NCBI GenBank assembly: GCA_000091205.1
Contig: AP006493.2
Length of the DNA stretch: 64,000 nt
Reading direction: 5' to 3' (one strand)
Source: Cyanidioschyzon merolae
Taxonomy: Eukaryota
Below the pieces are notes generated by a model. The model saw only the letters and a list, made by a program, of their open reading frames with translations. It was not told where the DNA came from and made no database searches. Made by a program: the position numbers and the translations under genes. Below, piece after piece: positions 48,481 through 58,410 of the stretch. How positions within the stretch are numbered: the stretch's first letter is position 1; every line of letters starts with the position of its first letter.

Positions 48481-48947
48481 CTGAGTTTCGCGGGCGCATG
48501 CCTGACCCCCCAGTTTTTATTGAACATGGCGACGTGACGGGTCGTATCCGTGGAAAGAAACGTCTATAGCGCATCCGGCCGTGCCAAGGAAAGCTTCTAG
48601 GTGTGCTACGAATTGCAGCACACGCTCTGTCGGCTTTCGAGAACTGAGAAATCGCTGGAGCAGCGACGCATCGCGCTCGAGTCGACGGCTGTGCATTTCG
48701 GATAGTCGGCAGAGCTCTAGACCGTATACATCGAAAAATTGTCCTGCTTGATTCCATTGCGCCTAGAGTATGATCTTCTCGTATCCGAGGCTCACCTCTA
48801 AGGACTATGAGAATCTCTCAGGCATGGAGTGATCATTTTCCCTGGTAGAAATGCGAATCTGAAGGATCCGACTTCGCCGTTCAGGGAGAACACAGGCAGG
48901 CCCACACCAGGACGCTGCATCGACGACGCCTGCCAGGGGCTGTAACG

Positions 48948-50330
48948 ATGATCACGGCATTGAGGCGCTACGCTTTTGAGCACCGGAACGAGGAGTCGGT
49001 TTTTCTTTTAGGCTGTCGAGCTATGTGGTCTCAGTTGGCACCTGTTCACTCTCTGCAACGGCTAGAGCGCAAGTTTCGTGCGCGGTGCCGTTCGCGAAAG
49101 CCGCTGCTGCGTCTGCACCACGGTTCTGGAGACGGGGAGTTCTCCGTCTCCCGCCGGGAGTTGCTGAAGCACTCCGCCGCAGCCCTCACTGCAGCAGCTC
49201 TGTCGCAGCTTGGGGTAGCTGCCTTGACTGAGCGGCATGTAGTAGATGAGGCCGCTGCGGCAAATAGGACCTTGTCCGGCGCTTCAGGAGTGGTCAACAA
49301 AGACCCGGAGTCGCTGTTGCGTTGGGCGCTTCCCATTGACAACGAGCACTTGCGGCAGCTCCAGACGGAGCTCGAGGCGACGCTGCGGGAGCTTCGGCAG
49401 AAAAAGTGGTCCCAAATTTCTAGTCATGTCCGCAAGGCCTCACAAATGACTAGTAGGAACGCAAATGACTTGCTTGCGGACGTGAGTGAAGCGAAAACCG
49501 CAGAGGCGCAGCGGGCTCTCAGTACGCTGCAGTCAATGCTCGGAAGTTTGCAGGCTTCTGCGGATGCAAAAGACGCTGAAAATTTCGAAAGTATGGCGAA
49601 GGACGCTCTGCGCCAGGTTGGAACGCTAGAAGAGCTCTCTGTTAAAGGCTTTCCTTTCCAGGTCCCGGAGGAATACAGCCATCTCCCACAGCTTCTGGGG
49701 CGGGCAACCGTCGAGTTTGTCCTACGCAAGAGCGGCGAGGAGGGCTCGCCCAAGCAGTTTGATATCGATGGCAATCTCTATGACAGGGCACGGCTCGTAA
49801 TGGTTGTTGATGGGTATTCCGCTCCGGTGACTGGTGGTAACTTTGTGGATCTCGTCTCCCGAGGCTTCTACAATGGTCTACGTATCATTCGATCCGACGG
49901 TTTCGTAATTCAGACCGGAGATCCCGAACCAGAAGGCAAGATCCACGGCTTTATCGACTCCAAAACAAACCAGGAGCGAACGATTCCTTTAGAAATTTTC
50001 GCGAAAGGAGATCCGATGCCTCTTTACGGCACAACGCTCGAGGACGACGGAAGAGGCGGTCAGGCCACGGTGCTTCCACTAACGGCCTTTGGAAGCCTGT
50101 GCTTTGCACGTAACGAATTCGAGCCGAATAGTGGCTCGAGCCAGTTTTTCTGGTTCCTGTTCGAGCCAGATCTTACTCCCGCGGGGCGAAACCTGCTCGA
50201 CGGGCGTTTCGCTGTCTTTGGGTACACGACCGAAGGCGCCTTTTTCTTGCGGGATGTCAAAGTCGGCGACATCGTGGAATCAGCCAAGGTTGTGCAGGGA
50301 CTCGAGAATTTGCGTCAGCCGACAGCGTGA
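48948..50330 (+). CDS. CYP38: Thylakoid-lumen cyclophilin-type peptidyl-prolyl isomerase (CYP38/TLP40-like) with a twin-arginine signal
   Basis: A Ser/Arg-rich presequence is followed by an 'RRELLKHSAAALTAAALS' twin-arginine motif and hydrophobic core. The cyclophilin domain reads 'LVMVVDGYSAPVTGGNFVDLVSRGFYNG...GFVIQTGDP'. Confidence 0.8.
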   Translation: MITALRRYAFEHRNEESVFLLGCRAMWSQLAPVHSLQRLERKFRARCRSRKPLLRLHHGSGDGEFSVSRRELLKHSAAALTAAALSQLGVAALTERHVVDEAAAANRTLSGASGVVNKDPESLLRWALPIDNEHLRQLQTELEATLRELRQKKWSQISSHVRKASQMTSRNANDLLADVSEAKTAEAQRALSTLQSMLGSLQASADAKDAENFESMAKDALRQVGTLEELSVKGFPFQVPEEYSHLPQLLGRATVEFVLRKSGEEGSPKQFDIDGNLYDRARLVMVVDGYSAPVTGGNFVDLVSRGFYNGLRIIRSDGFVIQTGDPEPEGKIHGFIDSKTNQERTIPLEIFAKGDPMPLYGTTLEDDGRGGQATVLPLTAFGSLCFARNEFEPNSGSSQFFWFLFEPDLTPAGRNLLDGRFAVFGYTTEGAFFLRDVKVGDIVESAKVVQGLENLRQPTA

Positions 50331-50730
50331 ATGTGCTCGATGCGTTGAAGAGTCCAGGGCGCTCGCTCACGGTGACTAGATTTAGCGATGAATCCAAGTT
50401 CTCTAGAAGTCGAACCTGGTAGGAATGTTCGTGTCATTTGTGAAAAAATGCTGCAGGCACCGAGTGCGCCACGACTCGATTTGGGTGTCTCCAGTTTCTT
50501 GCAGGTAAGGATCGATCGTAAATAGAACGGGGTTTAACTCAGAACAATCCACGAATGAGATCGCACAGGTCGACTATGCGACAGTGTGGGGCTCGTGATG
50601 AACAGCATCCCCCGACGGCGACTTTTGAGGGGCGAAACGATCTCGTTCACTGAGAGCATCGTTGTATACCCGTCCACAGACGACCCGTCTTCGCCGAGCA
50701 TGGAGCACACCGTAGCGTTTCGAATACAGC

Positions 50731-52038
50731 CTAACAGGCGCGCTGTCTTGGTGCTTCCGATGCCGCCTTGAATGCCCGGTATTCTGGTACGAGATGCCGC
50801 AGTTGCACCAGGATACTGCTCAGCAGGCCAATGTCAATGATGTGATTCAGCCACCGCGTAAGGCTAGAATATAAACCGATATCGCGGATGAGGAAGCCAC
50901 GACCTATGGAGCGCATGATGCTTTCAGCAACACCCTCAGGGCTGGCACCTGTAAACCGATCCAGGAAACGCAGAATGGCCAGCTTTGGCTGGCCTGCATA
51001 GAGATTTGTCCGCGTATAGCTTGGATGGACGACTAACACATCGACACCAAGGTCACGCACCTCCACCGCCAGCGACTGTGCAAACGAGGTCAACGCCGCT
51101 TTCTCGGCGCCATACAAGGTCGCGAATGGCGTTGGCAGAAAGAAACTCGAAGAGCTCGTGAAAACAAGCAGTCGTCTTCGAGAGGTTCGCGACGTCGCAC
51201 CGGTACGTTCCAAGTCACCGAAACGATGCTGGTTTTGGGCCCAACGTTCCAGCACATAATGCGTCAGCCGCAACGCCGCCGTGACGTTGCACTCCCAGTT
51301 GCGCATCTGCTCCGCGAGGCCTCGCTGCCAATAGAACGACATTAGAAGGTAACCAGCATTGGAAAACACCAAACGCAATGTGTCTGCAGCAAAGAGATCA
51401 GCTGTAGCTTCCTTCACATCCGAGAGGTAGCCGGGTATCACACCTACTTCTTTCTCCAGTGTGTTGTTCGCTGGGGTAGCGTCCGAGAGATCCGTCGCCA
51501 CTACGCGGAAACTTCGCTCCGGAAACTCAGTGTGCAGCTGCTCCACGGCTTTTGGTAAAAGCGCATCGTTTCGAGCAACCAGAACCACGTTGATGCCCTG
51601 CCTAGCCAACTCTCGAACAATGCATAACCCTATTCCAGAAGAAGCCCCTGTCACAAGCGCCCAGGGCTCTTTTGCTACGTCGACGGGGTTCCGCGGCTCT
51701 TCGGCTGCAGCGGTGCCCGCGCCACCCCTCTTTACTGAGTTCGCTCGCTTCCTCCTGGACTCCTGGGTGCTCGCAGGTTGCGAGGAACGTCGTCCGATCG
51801 TACGATCGACTGCCTCGGCTACCGACTCTGATCCAGAAGCACGCGCTGACTCGAGGTCCGCGAAGTAGCGTCGGCACAGGTTGCACCGTGGGGCCCAGCT
51901 CATGAACAGCAACGGGCCAAAATAAGAGACAATCAGGCACGTCAGCGAGATGCTCGCCAGCAAGCCATAAATATGCCAAGCATTGATAGCCAACCTCCAG
52001 ACAATAGGAAACTGAGGAAACATCTTGTGGAATGGCAC
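50731..52038 (-). CDS. Short-chain dehydrogenase/reductase with an N-terminal transmembrane segment (3-ketoacyl reductase-like)
   Basis: The SDR motifs are the Rossmann 'WALVTGASSGIGLCIV' segment, 'NAG', and the catalytic 'YGAEKAAL' (YxxxK). The N-terminus is hydrophobic. Confidence 0.75.
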   Translation of the reverse strand: MPFHKMFPQFPIVWRLAINAWHIYGLLASISLTCLIVSYFGPLLFMSWAPRCNLCRRYFADLESARASGSESVAEAVDRTIGRRSSQPASTQESRRKRANSVKRGGAGTAAAEEPRNPVDVAKEPWALVTGASSGIGLCIVRELARQGINVVLVARNDALLPKAVEQLHTEFPERSFRVVATDLSDATPANNTLEKEVGVIPGYLSDVKEATADLFAADTLRLVFSNAGYLLMSFYWQRGLAEQMRNWECNVTAALRLTHYVLERWAQNQHRFGDLERTGATSRTSRRRLLVFTSSSSFFLPTPFATLYGAEKAALTSFAQSLAVEVRDLGVDVLVVHPSYTRTNLYAGQPKLAILRFLDRFTGASPEGVAESIMRSIGRGFLIRDIGLYSSLTRWLNHIIDIGLLSSILVQLRHLVPEYRAFKAASEAPRQRAC

Positions 52039-52184
52039 CCGAGCTCGCTTTGAGAGCGCCTTTCTTCGGCTTGTGACGTGAAGCGCGCATCCCGTGTGCC
52101 GAGAGAAATGTACACTGGTAGTATGAGTACCGGGGCTCTGCTGCCAACTCGATCACGAATGGGCGGCTGTGGACCTGATGCTCT

Positions 52185-54341
52185 ATGCTGCTGCTTGTTG
52201 TAGAGGTTGTGTATGGAAAGGGGCGCTCCCTACTTCAACAGGCACAGTGCATGCACCCGCACCAGAGCAGCGAAGCGGACGAGTCCTCAACAGGCGTACA
52301 AAACGAGTCTGCACCGCGCTGGGCGAATACTCGTTTGACAAAGGGCCCCAGCGAAGCGGCGCCTGAAGCACCGGTAAGCGACCTTAGCCCTGAATCATCG
52401 ACCGCGCTCCCAGCGGTTGGCGCTGCTAGTGAACGCGGAGAAGTGTGTGAGGCCTGGCGAAAGCAGCCTGCAACAGGTACGGAGTCAGTTGACCCGCCGG
52501 CCCGAGCGAATGACTTTCGCAAGCCAAAAGGGTATGCGCGCCGGGAACCGGAGGACTGCCCGAAATGGCTCGATTTCAGGGCGGGAAACCCAGAGATTCC
52601 ACTGGACACCGTTACTGGACGCATTCATTTGCTTGCAGACCGGCAGAGCGCTCGTCGTGTTCAAGAGCCCCAGCTGGAGAGCAGTGCTCCCGCGGCGAGC
52701 ACCACAGCGGCTGTGCGTAAACCCACGGAATCGAGCCTGGGGGACCACATTGCGCGCTCCATACTGGAGCATAAACAATCCACTTTGAACGAAGACGAGG
52801 ACCAAACGAAGAGAGCCGAAGTCGAAGTGGGTACACCCAAGACGCTGGCGGAGGCATCCAGCGACTCGGTGAAGGGTTCACATGCCACTGGAGAGGTGCC
52901 GGCTGCTCACTGGAAATCGTCTCCTAGCTCGCTAACTTGCTCGGACTTTGCCCGACGGCATGCAAAAGCTTCCATGATTTTCGATCAAACGACATTGCTC
53001 TGTATGCTTGGAGTTCCCGGTTATTTGAGCACTGCCGATCTGGCCCAGTTTGTAGCACCATTCAGGAGTAGAATTCGCCGAATGCGAATTGTTTGGGACT
53101 TGTCCTACTCGAATTCGTACGCGGTTTTGCTGCGCTTCCTGAGCCCAGACGATGCTGTCCTCTTTCGAATGGAGTACGATGGGCGAGCGTTTTCAGAGGC
53201 TCTCGCTCCCGAGCGATGTCGGGTGCTCCCTGTGGAGCGCGTGGTCTATCGCTGCACATCAAAACAGAGTTCCCGTTTGGTCGCCTCGTTGGCGCTTCCT
53301 AGCGAGCAGGACGGGGACGAAATCGTGGAATATGACGAGTCAACGTCGAGTGACGCGGATATCGGACATCTGGAAGAGTGGCCTACCTGCCCAGTGTGTC
53401 TTGATCGGCTCGATCTCGAGTCTATACTGGTGGGCCTCTGCAATCACGCCCTGCACACGGCCTGTCTGGCACGTTGGGGCGATCCATCGTGCCCCGTGTG
53501 CCGCTTCGTGTCGGAGACGCTGAACCCACAAAAAACCTCTTGTCAGGTCTGTAACGCTCAGACGCAGCTCTGGATCTGTCTCGTTTGTGGGCATGTGGGA
53601 TGCGGGCGCTATGTGCAACACCATGCGCTTGCGCATTTTCGAGACACGAACCATGTCTTCGCCATGGAACTGCAAAGTGGGCGCGTCTGGGACTATGGTA
53701 GCGACTCGTACGTTCACCGCGTGCTGCTGAACGAAGTCGATGGGAAGCATGCAGTGCTCGAGATGCGTGCGTCGACCGGCAGCCGCGCTGTCGCAGCGAG
53801 CGGTGTTCCTTATCACAGCGATGGAGGTGCGAATGCACCGGCAAGCTCATCCCAGCGAAGCGCTCCGGAGATAGACGAGGAACGCACGCAGCTTTTTGCT
53901 GCGACGATTGCTAGCAAAGTTGACTCACTTTCACAGGAGTATGAAATGCTTCTGCTTTCGCAGCTGGAGTCGCAGCGGCTGTGGTACGAGGCAAAGGCGA
54001 CAGAGTTGGAGCGAGCTTGGAGCAAACGCGTTCAGGAACTCGAGCAACGCCTTGAGCGACTCAGCAAACCGAAGTGCTCGCGAGACGCAGCCACGGGTGA
54101 TGGAGCAGGTAATGAGTTTGATGCCAAGCTTTTACGGGAGCTGAACGAGCGCTTGCTTCGTGACGCTGCTGCTTGGCGCGAGCAAGTCGAGCGTCTCAAG
54201 AGGGAGCGCGACGAGCTTGCCGAGCAAGTGAATGACCTCCTGCAGCACATTGAGGCGAGCGCGAAGCTATCAGCCCGAGGAAACAATTCCACGAGCATTC
54301 GGCTAGAGGCGCTTCGCAACAGGCGCATCACAAAGCCCTAG
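52185..54341 (+). CDS. BRAP2: BRCA1-associated protein BRAP2/IMP-like E3 ligase (RING-H2, ZnF-UBP, coiled coil). The start is uncertain.
   Basis: The RING-H2 finger reads 'CPVCLDRLD...CNHALHTACLARWGDPSCPVCRF'. The ZnF-UBP region reads 'CQVCNAQTQLWICLVCGHVGCGRYVQHHALAHFRDTNHVFAMEL'. A C-terminal coiled coil follows. Confidence 0.85.
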   Translation: MLLLVVEVVYGKGRSLLQQAQCMHPHQSSEADESSTGVQNESAPRWANTRLTKGPSEAAPEAPVSDLSPESSTALPAVGAASERGEVCEAWRKQPATGTESVDPPARANDFRKPKGYARREPEDCPKWLDFRAGNPEIPLDTVTGRIHLLADRQSARRVQEPQLESSAPAASTTAAVRKPTESSLGDHIARSILEHKQSTLNEDEDQTKRAEVEVGTPKTLAEASSDSVKGSHATGEVPAAHWKSSPSSLTCSDFARRHAKASMIFDQTTLLCMLGVPGYLSTADLAQFVAPFRSRIRRMRIVWDLSYSNSYAVLLRFLSPDDAVLFRMEYDGRAFSEALAPERCRVLPVERVVYRCTSKQSSRLVASLALPSEQDGDEIVEYDESTSSDADIGHLEEWPTCPVCLDRLDLESILVGLCNHALHTACLARWGDPSCPVCRFVSETLNPQKTSCQVCNAQTQLWICLVCGHVGCGRYVQHHALAHFRDTNHVFAMELQSGRVWDYGSDSYVHRVLLNEVDGKHAVLEMRASTGSRAVAASGVPYHSDGGANAPASSSQRSAPEIDEERTQLFAATIASKVDSLSQEYEMLLLSQLESQRLWYEAKATELERAWSKRVQELEQRLERLSKPKCSRDAATGDGAGNEFDAKLLRELNERLLRDAAAWREQVERLKRERDELAEQVNDLLQHIEASAKLSARGNNSTSIRLEALRNRRITKP

Positions 54342-54849
54342 AGGTATCGGTTGTTTGTTATTCCTGCACGATACTGGATGGGATGCTCGACACGATGCAA
54401 TAAAAACGCACTATGAGAAATGGCTGTATTCCGAGCGCGTTGCTACTCATGGATCCCTCGTCGATGCAGAGCGTTGTTGTTTGGGTGCCACGTGAGCCTG
54501 CCTCCTGGCGTCCTCGATGCTCGTCGCCATGTATCGTACCGCGAGTCCAAGGCTCGTTGGACTATGGCAAAGTAGGATCGAAATGTAAGCATGAAGTGTA
54601 GGATCAAACTCTCGATTCATGGGCGATGCGCGAATAGAGATCGTGATGCGTACTGATGACTAACTGGGGATGATCGAAACATCAGCAATCATTTGAAAGC
54701 ATCACTGATGATTCATTTTGGGGCGCTATCGACGTAACGAGTTGCTGCAGCGCCAGAGAAGCCCCTTGATGGCTTGTCGTCTCAGAATCGAGCGTTGTAT
54801 CCATGCCTGATGGTCAACGGGACTGGAAAATTACCGAAATGGAACTGTG

Positions 54850-57175
54850 GGAATGTTTGCAGCGGTATCGCGAGCTTTCACATGCCGACACCGAACACTT
54901 TCCAAAAGTCGAACGATGCCGACCGTGTACAGCAGTGGCGGACGGTGCGCCCTAGACGACGTCTCCATCAGACGTGTAGACGCCTCCCCGTCTTTTTGGA
55001 CCGGCCACCCACTACTGTCTCCAACTTTTTCTCATATTGTTTGACCTTGAGAGGTTGTCCAAAAAAGTTCCTTCTTGTTCACTCTGGAGGTCTGTTCCCC
55101 AGCACCGCACATCTCCGGATATTGATAGCGGCATTAAAATCTCGATTCACAAACTCCATCCGTTTCTTGTCATTACTAGTTGTACTTACTAGTGCAAGTA
55201 GCCCTCGCACTTTTGCCATCCTTTGCATTTGCTTTTCCGTCTGCGGTCCGTACTTTGCTATTTCCTCAGGACTCCTCTGGCACTTTTCCATCTCAACTCT
55301 CTGAAGTATACTCCCCAGCTCATGGAGTGTATACGATGTTCGAAACTCATATACAGGTATCGTAATGAAACGCCGTGCACACTCGTTGTACGTTCTCGTC
55401 GTTGGAGCTCGAGTAGTCCCTTTTTGGGTCTTCCATAGCCCTGCCCCATACGCTACTACGAGACTCTGATTCTCGTCCTTTTTGAAGGCACTCAACTGAT
55501 TGAAAATGTCGGCAAACGCCCGCTGCCTCCCACCATATAGATTCATACGCAAACGAGACCACCGGGGCTTGGTATATTCCTCCCACAGTGCATCCCAATG
55601 AGCAACACGAACTTCCATGAATTTCCGAAAAGCTTCAAAGTCCGCTCTTTGGCTCGACACCTCGCTCAAAGCTTCCAGGTGATCCTTCATCCCTCCATTC
55701 CATGTCTCGATTCTCGATTGTATCTCGATCTCGAGCACCTCAAAAGACGCTTGTCTTTCTGGCTTTAGTTGCCGTCTGTGCCATCTTACCCACGCTTCGA
55801 TGCTGCGATGGTTATGATATTCGTATTCCCAGCGTCCGCGCCAACCATAAAGTTGTTAGCCTCCACCTCCTGCGTCGCAGGACCCGCCTTTCTCTCATCT
55901 TCATGGCTCACCAAGGGCGGGACTCGACGATCTTTCTTCAATAGCCGTTAGTGTACACCCAAGGCTACACCATCGGTTTCGATCATCCCAGTGGACAACT
56001 TTGCTTGCTCGCTCTCAGACGTTTGAAATTGAAGATGTTCTTCCAGTACGTCTGCCGGTATTCGCCGGCGAAGTCCTCCCTACTAGCATCGAACTGGGGA
56101 CTGATCTCCTTCATGATGCCGTGAAGGATTCTGGAGTCGGTACTCACAAAATGTGACTTGATGTTGCACATTGGAACCGCGTTGAGGTGCTTTCTCATTA
56201 GGAAAGCTTTCCGTCTCTCCCACTCTTCATTTTTTCCTCACTCTGCTTCATCTCTGCCTTGCGTTCGAGCTCTGGTCCAGAAACACGAAATAGCGCAGGA
56301 CGAGGCGATAGTATTTTTCTTTGTCTTTTTTCAACTCTGATATCTGTCTGCTGGATTCGCCAGCCCCAAGACTGCACCGTGCTCATGTATAACCGAACGG
56401 ATGAGGGAATTCTCATTTGTGCTCCTGCTTGACGGCTTCTTATCGACGAATTCGACTTCATCTTCATGCTGGCGATCTTTCGCTTTTCCATTGATAATCG
56501 CCCATATTCCTTTGCGAGAGATGCCCGGGTACAGCGCAAACACGGCACGTATTATGAGACGTTCGAGTTTCACGATTACGTGATTCTTCAGGTTCGTGAT
56601 GTACTTCGTCGCCCCTTATACGTAAACATTCGAATCACCTCTGTATGGAGTACTGTTGAAGCTGTGGAAGGGACATTTTTTGTGGAGGTCATGCACTCGC
56701 TCCTTCCTCATCGATGCTTTTCTTGTGTCAGCCATCAGGTGACGAATAAAGCTCTTATCGAAAAACTCGTCCGGAATCTCGACCGTTTCCATGTGCATCA
56801 CGTCGCGATACATCTCGCTCGCCAAATGCATCAGTCCTGACGACGCCTTGACGATACTCTTGGAGTACCAGTCGACACGGTTTCTGATAGCTTCTTGCTA
56901 CTTGAACGGATCCATGATATGTACAAGAAGACAGGCTTTCACCACCATCTCGTTGCACAGTCGTCTTTCTTGCCGCCTTCGACCTAGGGCCTTCCCCTTT
57001 CGGTCCTTCTTCTCTCTTTTTTCTTCTGGATTCCGCATTGTCTTTTGCTTTTTTTTTTCTGGCAGCCGGCGACCCTGGACCTCCAGGATCGTCAACTCGC
57101 TTTTTCATAGCTTTTTTTTTCATCTTTTTTGTGAAAAAGAACGCTCTTTGAACCCTCCTGTTATATGCCACGACA
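54850..57175 (-). pseudogene. Copy A: the longest copy of the TnpB/Fanzor-like (OMEGA RuvC nuclease) element. Its coding region is decayed into several frames.
   Basis: The best fragment, 55079..55738(-), carries the RuvC-II-adjacent block '...ITIPVYEFRTSYTLHELGS...' and the RuvC-III block 'RMEFVNRDFNAAINIRRC'. The lysine-rich N-terminal region 'KKMKKKAMKKRVDDPGGPGSPAARKKKAKD' lies at 56755..57171(-). The middle segments at 56331..56573(-) and 55983..56198(-) match copy B at the peptide level. The 3' terminus at 54960-54990 carries the hairpin AGACG-cctccc-CGTCT. Confidence 0.65.
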
Positions 57176-57469
57176 AAACGCTCGAATATTTTTAGTCGAG
57201 GGTTGAAACGGCATCGGACTGGAAGCTATGATTTGTTACGACTTCCACACAAATACAGCTTGCCTGTTAGAACAGCAAGAAAACGTGTCGTCACGGTCGC
57301 GTTTCTCTTCAAAGGCGACATATGCGTCGTGTCTCGTAAGTGCCATACTTGGAGATGCACGTATCGAGCGCGCCATACAGGAAAAAGGACAGTGACTTAC
57401 GATTTACAAGAAACGATGTAAAATTTTTTCCCGCTCTACGATAAGCGTTTAAGGGGAAACAGATCGCCG

Positions 57470-58060
57470 TATTATCGGAAGCTTATGTTCGAGGCGGAAG
57501 GTCCCGCGACCCGGTCGAGTCTACCGGGCTAAAGCTCGGTATGCCTCTAAAGTGGCCGCTGCCGCTGCTGCTGCAAGACCTGCGTAGCTCGTTCGCAACG
57601 CATTTTATCCTGAGACTATGCACAGGATGCTGCGTTGGGCCTCGCCCTGGTCGCAGTGGAACCCTAGTACAGCACTTCGCGCTGGCGCAGGTAGTAGGTC
57701 TTTCTGCGCACTTTGCATGTTCCCAGAATGACAAATAGCCCTGATTCCGTTTCAAGTGAATCATTCCTCGAGCGGACGCCCTTAGTGGTATGGCAAAGCC
57801 GTTCTGTCTCTGTACAGCACCTGCTTGAGCGGTATAAGCGCTACAGCGGGTGCTCACAACAGGCTCGGCGCTCGATAGAACATACGAAACGACCAATATA
57901 TCAGAGAGGTAGTATGGATAATGGGACTTGAGGACAGGTGCACTATGATCGAGATATCCCCGGAAGCCATCGTGCGTTCCGAATTCTGGGATGCATGGTC
58001 AATGCAAACGTTCTTTCATCAAAAAGAAAAAAACGCTCCGGAGGCGGACTCGTCATCGAG
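57470..58060 (+). repeat. Repeat 'X', plus orientation, immediately upstream of the copy-A N-terminus
   Basis: See 46410..46980. The order and opposite orientation relative to the Fanzor-like ORF match the 46-48 kb locus. Confidence 0.8.
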
Positions 58061-58410
58061 ACGCGCATCGCTCTGGATCGAATCTCCGGAAGGCGCTTCT
58101 GGGCGATCGCGAAAGCCCTCAAGTGCATCTTTGTATTCTCAACGGATAGCATGATTTATTCGGGGCGCTCAGTCTCGAGCGTTCCCTCTGACTTAAAGCA
58201 ATACCTTCGTGGATCCGACAGCTGTGTTATCAAAGAGCACTGTACCTAGTTTTGGCGAGGCCTATAGTGCTGGAGAACAAAACGATCACGGGTTTGTAGC
58301 GATCTCGGCACCAGTGCTGGAAACAACCCTGCACTGGAGCTCGGGCGATCTAAAACCCGTAGTCGGACTTTTTCGAAGATCTGTCTGGCAAGGAAGCAAA
58401 TCGTGGAAAT

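Noticed and set aside
56331-56573. Assigning 'GMLAIIDGMKND' / 'AIINGKAKD' as the RuvC-I catalytic motif of the Fanzor-like protein
   Set aside because: It resembles the TnpB 'GIDLGIKN' block, but it lies about 450 aa upstream of RuvC-III. That is longer than in typical TnpB and there is no second supporting motif. I left it as unassigned conserved N-terminal sequence.
57470-58060. Repeat X as a tRNA-derived SINE or a small structured RNA gene (5S or snRNA)
   Set aside because: I can find no tRNA cloverleaf (acceptor, D and T arms), no A/B box pair, and no 5S, U1 or U6 signature motifs. Only an A-rich 3' stretch is present. The conserved pseudo-ORF inside it is explained by nucleotide identity between copies.
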